A stretch of 64,000 nucleotides of DNA from Acidimicrobiaceae bacterium. GTDB lineage: Bacteria > Actinomycetota > Acidimicrobiia > Acidimicrobiales > MedAcidi-G1. Under the pieces are notes generated by a model. That model was not told the origin of the DNA. It saw nothing but the letters and a program-made list of their open reading frames with translations, and ran no database searches. Numbering within the stretch: position 1 is the stretch's first letter; each line of letters starts with the position of its first letter. Positions 58,058-64,000 of this stretch are shown in pieces. The translations under genes and the position numbers were made by a program. Location: positions 4,576 through 68,575 of the forward strand of contig PBSS01000048.1 in assembly GCA_002726315.1 (NCBI GenBank), written 5' to 3'.

Positions 58058-58933
58058 CTAGCCGGGTAGGTGGGTGAGCCGACCCGCCGAACGCTCAACG
58101 CGGTGTCCCCCCACGATTTCTGCGGCCCGGCATTCCCCACGAGCGACGCCGAGAACCCGATCAATTGATGCCGAATCAGGTGGTCGACCACCTGATTCGG
58201 TAGTCAGCCATGTCCTGAGGGCCAGTTTGGCAAGGTCGTCTGACAACATGTCCAGAACTGAGATGTCGGTTGCATCAATCCCCTCTACGAGTGTGGCAAG
58301 CAAACCGACGGCTTCGCGGGCCCGGTCGGCATGGCGAGCCAAGATGGGCACCGGGTCACGCCCCGACAACTCGGCCATCAGCGGTAGGAGCTCGTGTCGC
58401 ACCCGATTACGAAAAAAGCGCGGATCGTCATTCATCGTGTCGTGGGCCGGTTGGATACCCGCTAAGGCACACACTGCAACAGTCTCGACCCGACGAAGGG
58501 CCAATATAGGACGCCTCCCCGGTTCTCCAATCCCAGCTGCACCCTGTATCCCTGACCCACGGAGAAGGTTCATGATCACGGTCTCTGCCTGATCGTCGGC
58601 GGTATGACCTGTGAGCGTCCCGGTCGGCAGCACAGCAATACGGGCATCACGGGCACGAGCCTCCAGGTTCGGGCCATGCGGGACAGGTGCATCCATCCTT
58701 CTGACCGCTGCGCCCAGGATGGTCGCTGTTTCGGTAACCAGCTCAGCCTCGACGGCTGCCTCGGGCCTTAGACCTTGGTTCACATGCCAAGCAGTGACGT
58801 CCAGTCCGGCCTCGATAGCAAGGACCATTAGGGCCATTGAATCGGGGCCTCCCGAGACAGCGCAATCGACCACTGTTCCCGATGGTGGAAACGAACACCG
58901 AGCCAACAGGTTCAAGAGGTCGATGCCAGTCAT
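58058..58933 (-). CDS. tilS: tRNA(Ile)-lysidine synthetase
   Basis: PP-loop AVSGGPDSMAL. ATG 58933 lies 8 nt after the upstream stop; the ORF track extends to 58972. Confidence 0.88.
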   Translation of the reverse strand: MTGIDLLNLLARCSFPPSGTVVDCAVSGGPDSMALMVLAIEAGLDVTAWHVNQGLRPEAAVEAELVTETATILGAAVRRMDAPVPHGPNLEARARDARIAVLPTGTLTGHTADDQAETVIMNLLRGSGIQGAAGIGEPGRRPILALRRVETVAVCALAGIQPAHDTMNDDPRFFRNRVRHELLPLMAELSGRDPVPILARHADRAREAVGLLATLVEGIDATDISVLDMLSDDLAKLALRTWLTTESGGRPPDSASIDRVLGVARGECRAAEIVGGHRVERSAGRLTHLPG

Positions 58934-58941
58934 AGGTCCGA

Positions 58942-60165
58942 CTAACCCACCACACCCATACGCGCAATCCAAAGACTAGGCGAGTTGATCTCGGCCAAAT
59001 CGGGAAGGTTGGAGGGAGCCTCCCACACCCGGTTCACCAAGGTGGTCCCCCCTGCGTCTTCGACTTCCTCAATGAACGCCTCTCCTTTGGCATACTGTGC
59101 CAACTTGGCCTCGAGACCGACCAGTTTCTGGAAGATCCGGGTGAAACCCGATGCCGACCGACGCCGCTGCCGGAGAACCCTGCCAAACCGGTCAACTCCA
59201 ACGACGATTCCGCGCCCCGCCCGGTCCATGGTCACGTCTCCGTGTCCTTCCAACAGACTCATCAGGCCGGCAATACCGTCAAGCGCTCTCCTCTGCTCAG
59301 GTGAGGCGACTGCTGTAAGAAAGCCTCCATCTCCAGTATCGGATTCGTCGCCACGCCGCTCAAGCAGGGACCTGAGGGAATCGAGAAGGTGGGTCGGATC
59401 GGGGTCTGAACTCTCAAGGAGCGACCTGACGAGGCCCAGGTAGTGATCCCTCAGCCATGGAACGCCCGTAAACTGCGCCCGGTGGGTGACCTCGTGGAGG
59501 GCCAGCCACAGCCTGAACTGGCTCGGCTCGAAAGCGTATCGCCGCTCAAGAGCCACCAAGTTGGGCCCCACGTAGTAGACGAGATCCTGGTCCTCGGCAG
59601 CTTCGTCCTCCAACACGAGCAGGTCGTACTGGCCGAGCACCCTCGTCGACATCCAGCCCAGGACCGCCCCCAACTCGACACCGGCCACCCGGTGTGTCAG
59701 GGGTGTGAAAGACGTGGCTGGACGCTCGGCCATCTTGTCCCACAGGGGCTGCAGCAGTCGGCGCAACGAGGCCAAGTTGGCCCGGATCCAGTCACTCCTG
59801 TCGACAACTCGCGCCCGGGCCTCACCATGCAGGGCCATCAGCCCGGTGGTCTCGGCAACCAACCCCTCAGCCCTGGCCGTGTGGATATCAAACTCCTCGG
59901 CTAAGCCGTCCAGGTGGTGGGCACCACCAAAGGGTGCCCTAGAGGCGATGCGAGTCGCCACCTGTTCCGCCACGTCCCAGTCGATAACCGACAACGAGCG
60001 GTCGACGACCTCCGTGGACGGCACGCCGGCCGCCACGATCAAGCCTTCAGCGCTTTGGATAACGGGTGGCGGACACCTTCTGCAGATACCCGACAAGGGT
60101 GCCGATACAGAGCAAGATGCCTCCACCCACGAGGGGCACTGCCAGCCAGTAGTGCCAGATAACAC
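58942..60165 (-). CDS. Zinc-dependent metalloprotease (DUF2342 / F420-biosynthesis-associated hydrolase family)
   Basis: IDWDVAEQVA near the N-terminus and the HExxH site LALHEVTHRAQF. The start is uncertain: GTG 60165 is the longest, and GTG 60024 is also possible. Confidence 0.75.
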   Translation of the reverse strand: MLSGTTGWQCPSWVEASCSVSAPLSGICRRCPPPVIQSAEGLIVAAGVPSTEVVDRSLSVIDWDVAEQVATRIASRAPFGGAHHLDGLAEEFDIHTARAEGLVAETTGLMALHGEARARVVDRSDWIRANLASLRRLLQPLWDKMAERPATSFTPLTHRVAGVELGAVLGWMSTRVLGQYDLLVLEDEAAEDQDLVYYVGPNLVALERRYAFEPSQFRLWLALHEVTHRAQFTGVPWLRDHYLGLVRSLLESSDPDPTHLLDSLRSLLERRGDESDTGDGGFLTAVASPEQRRALDGIAGLMSLLEGHGDVTMDRAGRGIVVGVDRFGRVLRQRRRSASGFTRIFQKLVGLEAKLAQYAKGEAFIEEVEDAGGTTLVNRVWEAPSNLPDLAEINSPSLWIARMGVVG

Positions 60166-60268
60166 CAGCTAGAACGTTCATGGTCTGCATCCTATGAGTT
60201 GGAATCGTCAGCACGTACACACGTTGGAGGATCAGCTACAGGCAAGGTCGATGGAGCCAACCATCTCG

Positions 60269-60341
60269 AGCCCGCGCGGGGAATCGAACCCCGGACCTGC
60301 TCATTACGAGTGAGCCGCTCTTCCGACTGAGCTACACGGGC
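60269..60341 (-). tRNA. tRNA-Thr (anticodon CGT), CCA not encoded
   Basis: The reverse complement folds as acceptor GCCCGTG/CGCGGGC (one G-U pair), D arm GCTC-AGTCGGAA-GAGC, anticodon arm GCTCA-CTCGTAA-TGAGC, T arm CGGGG-TTCGATT-CCCCG, discriminator T. Confidence 0.9.
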
Positions 60342-60423
60342 ACCCCCACCCTGAGGTGAGATGTGATCGGCAAGCGTACTGGAGCCACCTAGTGCTCAGA
60401 CTCACCCGATACAGGGCGCACCA

Positions 60424-62763
60424 TCAGAGTCGAACAAGGGGTGCCCAGGCCAAAAGCAGGCGCTTTTCACCGACCTTCGAAAACCGCACCACGGCCTCGG
60501 CGCGGTCTCCCACGCCGCCAACCGATACAACGACGCCGTCACCCCACGTCGAATGGACCACATCGTCGCCAGCCTCAAGCCCGAGTTCGTGAGCGCCCGT
60601 GGAGGATGACCCGGGGGACCTGCTACCGGTCCCCCGGCCGAAGATCATGCCAGCGGGCTCGTCACCACCCTCGGCATCGTCGTCTGGTGACCGGGTCGAA
60701 CCGAACCAGCTTCTGCCCCCCGAATCACCTCTCCGGTTTGAACCCGTTCCCCAGTTCGATGATCCGCCGCCTAAACCATTAGCCCTTCCAGAAGCGCGCT
60801 CGTTCAAGAGGCCCCCCGGGATCTCCTCAAGGAACCTGCTAGGCGGGTTGTACTGGGTTTGACCGTGCAGCATTCGACACCAGGCGTGGCTGAGATGGAG
60901 TTGTCGGCGAGCCCTGGTAATGCCAACGTATGCGAGACGCCGCTCCTCCTCGAGTTGATCCGGATCACCCAATGACCGCATGTGAGGGAAGACGCCGTCT
61001 TCCATGCCGATGATAAATACGGCTGGGTACTCAAGACCCTTCGCTGAATGCAGAGTCATGAGGACAACTTCGCCCTCGTCAACAACACCCGGCCCCAACT
61101 CGACGCCTCCCGTGTCCTCCACTGGATCCGGGAGGTCATCCGTATCGGCCACCAGCCCGACCTGTTCTAGGAAGTCTGGAACATCATCAAACTCGCTCGC
61201 CACACCGACTAGCTCTGCCAAGTTCTCAAGCCTGCCGTCCGCCTCGACCGAACGTTCCGCTCGCAGTTCGTCTAGGTAACCGGAGCTGGCCAGCGCAGCC
61301 TCCAAGACTGCGGCGGGGCCATCATCGAGGTGTCCGACCAAGGTCTCGTATAACTCCAGAAACACGCGGATCCCTCCAACAGCGCGACCTGATACACCGG
61401 CCTCGGAGCACCGACTGAGTGCATCGAGAAACCCGCATCCGGTCATCTCAGCGAAGGCATCAATACGGCGGACTGAGGTTTCGCCCACCCCCCTCTTGGG
61501 CACGTTCAACACCCGCTTGACCGCCACCTCATCTGCAGGGTTGGCTGCCAACTTCAGGTAGGCCAGAGCATCGCGAATTTCACGCCTCTCATAGAAGCGG
61601 GTACCACCCAAGACCCTGTAGGGAACTCCGCTACGAACCAGTTGCTCCTCGACTGCACGGCTCTGGGCGTTGGTCCGGTAGAAGACAGCTAGGTCTGACC
61701 AGCTGTAGTCCCCTCCGGACCGGAGGGACCCGAGGCGCTCGACCACCCACCGCGCCTCATCAACCTCGTCGCCGGCCTTGCAGACCACAATGGACTCACC
61801 AAGCCCTGCCTCTGTCCAGAGCTCCTTGGGCTTACGCCCGGCGTTCTTCGTAATTACGGCGTTAGCAGCATCCAAGATCGTCTGGGTGGACCGATAGTTC
61901 TGGTCCAAAACCACCACGGTCGCATCAGGGAAGGCAGTCTCAAAATCCAAGATATTGCTGATGTCCGCCCCACGGAATCCGTAGATGGACTGGTCACTGT
62001 CGCCAACCACACACAAGTTCCTGTGCTCCTCGGCCAGCATCATCACCAGGTCATTTTGGACCTGATTGGTGTCCTGATATTCGTCAACCAAGATGTGCTG
62101 AAAACGCCTGCGCCACTCGTCCAAGATGTCAGGGTTGGACCGCAACAGATGAACCGTGTTTGCGAGCAGATCGTCAAAGTCCATGGCGCCGGCACGCAGG
62201 AGTCTCTTCTGATACTCGATGAACACTTCGGCAATCTTCTTTTCGAATGGGCCTGTGGCCCGCTCCATGTAGGCCGATGAGCCAACACCCTCATTCTTGG
62301 AGGCCGAGATGGACGCATGGATTGAGCGGGAGGGGAACCGCTTGTTGTCCATATTCAGGTCGCGGATGACATAGCCGGTCAATCGAACGGCATCACCTTG
62401 GTCGTAGATGCTGAAATGCCGTGGAAAGCCGATCCGCTCGGCATCCGAACGCAGCATTCTCACACAGGCTGAGTGGAACGTGGAGACCCACATCTTGTGG
62501 GCAATCGGCCCAACCAGGGCGGCCACCCGGTCCTTCATCTCAGCAGCTGCCTTGTTGGTGAAGGTGATGGCGAGGATCCCGAAGGGGGAAACACCCCTTT
62601 CTACAATCAGATGGGCCACCCGTCTGGTCAGGACACGGGTCTTCCCCGACCCTGCTCCAGCAACCACCAGCAAGGGGCCGGTGGGATGGGTCACGGCATC
62701 AAGTTGTGCTGGGTTGAGACCCGTCTCAGGGGCTTCTGGGTCGGACAGGGCCATCGCTGCCAC
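60424..62763 (-). CDS. pcrA: ATP-dependent DNA helicase PcrA/UvrD
   Basis: LNPAQLDAV, Walker A AGAGSGKTRVLTRRVAHL, DEYQDTN and YRST motifs. The C-terminus has a Gly/Ser/Arg-rich linker plus a Tudor-like tail GDDVVHSTWGDGVVVSV. Confidence 0.92.
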   Translation of the reverse strand: MAAMALSDPEAPETGLNPAQLDAVTHPTGPLLVVAGAGSGKTRVLTRRVAHLIVERGVSPFGILAITFTNKAAAEMKDRVAALVGPIAHKMWVSTFHSACVRMLRSDAERIGFPRHFSIYDQGDAVRLTGYVIRDLNMDNKRFPSRSIHASISASKNEGVGSSAYMERATGPFEKKIAEVFIEYQKRLLRAGAMDFDDLLANTVHLLRSNPDILDEWRRRFQHILVDEYQDTNQVQNDLVMMLAEEHRNLCVVGDSDQSIYGFRGADISNILDFETAFPDATVVVLDQNYRSTQTILDAANAVITKNAGRKPKELWTEAGLGESIVVCKAGDEVDEARWVVERLGSLRSGGDYSWSDLAVFYRTNAQSRAVEEQLVRSGVPYRVLGGTRFYERREIRDALAYLKLAANPADEVAVKRVLNVPKRGVGETSVRRIDAFAEMTGCGFLDALSRCSEAGVSGRAVGGIRVFLELYETLVGHLDDGPAAVLEAALASSGYLDELRAERSVEADGRLENLAELVGVASEFDDVPDFLEQVGLVADTDDLPDPVEDTGGVELGPGVVDEGEVVLMTLHSAKGLEYPAVFIIGMEDGVFPHMRSLGDPDQLEEERRLAYVGITRARRQLHLSHAWCRMLHGQTQYNPPSRFLEEIPGGLLNERASGRANGLGGGSSNWGTGSNRRGDSGGRSWFGSTRSPDDDAEGGDEPAGMIFGRGTGSRSPGSSSTGAHELGLEAGDDVVHSTWGDGVVVSVGGVGDRAEAVVRFSKVGEKRLLLAWAPLVRL

Positions 62764-62825
62764 CTTACCGCTGAGCTGTGACCGACTCCCTGGCTACCGG
62801 GGTCCTTTTAGTAGGGTTCTCCGCC

Positions 62826-63758
62826 ATGGTCAAACCCTTCCGCTTCAGTATCCAGGCATCAGTTCCTAGACCTGCTGCCGAATGGCGCGAACTGGGTCGA
62901 CGCGCTGAGGACCTCGGCTACTCGGCACTCTCAGTGTCCGACCACCTGGATACTGCGATGGCCCCCCTGATCGCACTGGCGGTCACCGCAGAGGCCACCC
63001 GCAGCCTGCGTCTCACAACTCTTGTGTTGGCAAACGACTTTCGACACCCTGCCTTTTTGGCTAAGCAAGCCGCCACCCTCGATCTTCTCTCGGATGGACG
63101 GCTGGAGTTGGGGATCGGTGCCGGCTGGAAGACCACGGATTACGAGCAGTCAGGAATCCCCCTAGAGCGGCCGGCTATCAGGATCCAGAGGCTGGCCGAA
63201 GCCATCGCCGTCCTCAAGGGATGCTTCGCAGATGGCCCTTTTGACTTTGATGGTGAGCACTACACAATCCGTGGCCTGGATGGCCAGCCTGACTGCATCC
63301 AGAGGCCGCATCCTCCGATCCTGCTGGCGGGAGGAGGACACAAGATGCTCACTCTGGCTGCGCGTGAAGGCAACATTGTTGGTGTGAACGCCAACATGGC
63401 AGCCGGCATCATCAACCACCGGGCCGGACCCTCTGCCACCTCGTCGGCAACCGACCAGAAGTTGGTTTGGATCAAAGAGGCCGCTGGAGACAGGTTCAAC
63501 CAGATCGAACTCCAGACCCGTGTCCACATGTCCTCGATCACAGATGATCCGAAAGGGCTTGCCGACCTGATGGCGCCTGCCCTAGGCATCTCCGCCGAAG
63601 AGGCATTGGCCTCACCCCATGTCCTTGTTGGATCCGAAGGCCAGTGTGTTGAGACGCTGCTTGCATGGCGCGAAAAGTGGGGCCTCACCTACATAGGCAT
63701 CAATGAGGACTCCATGGTGGAGTTCGGGCCCGTGGTCGAAGCTCTGACGGGCGTCTGA
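62826..63758 (+). CDS. LLM-class (luciferase-like) F420-dependent oxidoreductase
   Basis: MVKPFRFSIQ..., LGYSALSVSDHL and LELGIGAGW motifs. The ORF track begins at GTG 62778. Confidence 0.75.
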   Translation: MVKPFRFSIQASVPRPAAEWRELGRRAEDLGYSALSVSDHLDTAMAPLIALAVTAEATRSLRLTTLVLANDFRHPAFLAKQAATLDLLSDGRLELGIGAGWKTTDYEQSGIPLERPAIRIQRLAEAIAVLKGCFADGPFDFDGEHYTIRGLDGQPDCIQRPHPPILLAGGGHKMLTLAAREGNIVGVNANMAAGIINHRAGPSATSSATDQKLVWIKEAAGDRFNQIELQTRVHMSSITDDPKGLADLMAPALGISAEEALASPHVLVGSEGQCVETLLAWREKWGLTYIGINEDSMVEFGPVVEALTGV

Positions 63759-63776
63759 CCTCGAGTTCAACCCAAT

Positions 63777-64000
63777 TCAACCCCATCGACCCAACAGTGC
63801 CAGCAGGCGTAACCCCGCCGGGGCATTCGCTGGTGGCATCAGGGGTTCACCAAAATGGGTACTGATCGCCCCGCTACCGGCCACCGGCTTCCAGAAATCA
63901 AGGCACCGTTCAGCAAGGGAGTCGGGCAACCGCACCTGGCGGTCACATGCAGCAGCCAAGTCCCAGCCATGGATCAGGTTTTCTGTGGCCCTAAAGCCCA
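63777..64000 (-). CDS. TIGR03086/DinB-like (mycothiol maleylpyruvate isomerase N-terminal-like) family protein, C-terminal part only
   Basis: The frame stays open to the window edge upstream of the listed 60-aa ORF. ...ENLIHGWDLAAACDRQVRLPDSLAERCLDFW...FGEPLMPPANAPAGLRLLALLGRW resembles the C-terminal half of this actinobacterial family. Confidence 0.5.
   Translation of the reverse strand, partial: GFRATENLIHGWDLAAACDRQVRLPDSLAERCLDFWKPVAGSGAISTHFGEPLMPPANAPAGLRLLALLGRWG

Overview
This window is a gene-dense, high-GC (judged by eye, not computed) core chromosomal segment of an Actinomycetota genome. The lineage call rests on actinobacteria-typical families: DUF3499, DUF3263, PAC2, class II HelD, ClpC1, a CysO-like carrier, an LLM/F420 oxidoreductase and TIGR03086. 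It also rests on the conserved block tilS-hpt-folP-folK-panC-coaX-lysS-clpC1. I support about 65 protein-coding genes, two tRNA-Thr genes, one CIRCE (HrcA) operator, one clear intrinsic terminator and a few short repeats or palindromes.

Functional blocks, left to right:
- a MacB-type ABC exporter, HelD and a patatin-like lipase
- hemE plus an Lnt-like acyltransferase
- a convergent glycoconjugate module: GT4, methyltransferase, alpha/alpha-toroid protein, methyltransferase and GtrA
- a split isobutyryl-CoA-mutase-like B12 mutase with MeaB
- a complete nucleoside and deoxyribose catabolic cluster: punA, sugar-phosphate mutase, deoC, two ALDH genes, deoA and cdd
- glnD, fdhD, groEL
- ispDF, crp, clpC1
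- lysS, coaX, nadC, panC, folK, folP, hpt, tilS
- pcrA

I see no CRISPR array, transposase, integrase, prophage or recognisable defence system, so most of this is ordinary housekeeping DNA. The points worth a second look are local anomalies:
- a phosphatase-fold protein with a destroyed catalytic loop sits in the folB slot of the folate operon
- the Lnt homologue has Ser in place of the catalytic Cys
- an ALDH paralogue lacks its whole catalytic domain and is translationally coupled to a full ALDH
- an LppM-like membrane protein is fused to a HAD domain that has lost its catalytic aspartates
- the five-gene envelope glycoconjugate module is uncharacterised
- several candidate operator repeats lie in intergenic regions

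All family assignments come from reading motifs by eye; no searches were run.
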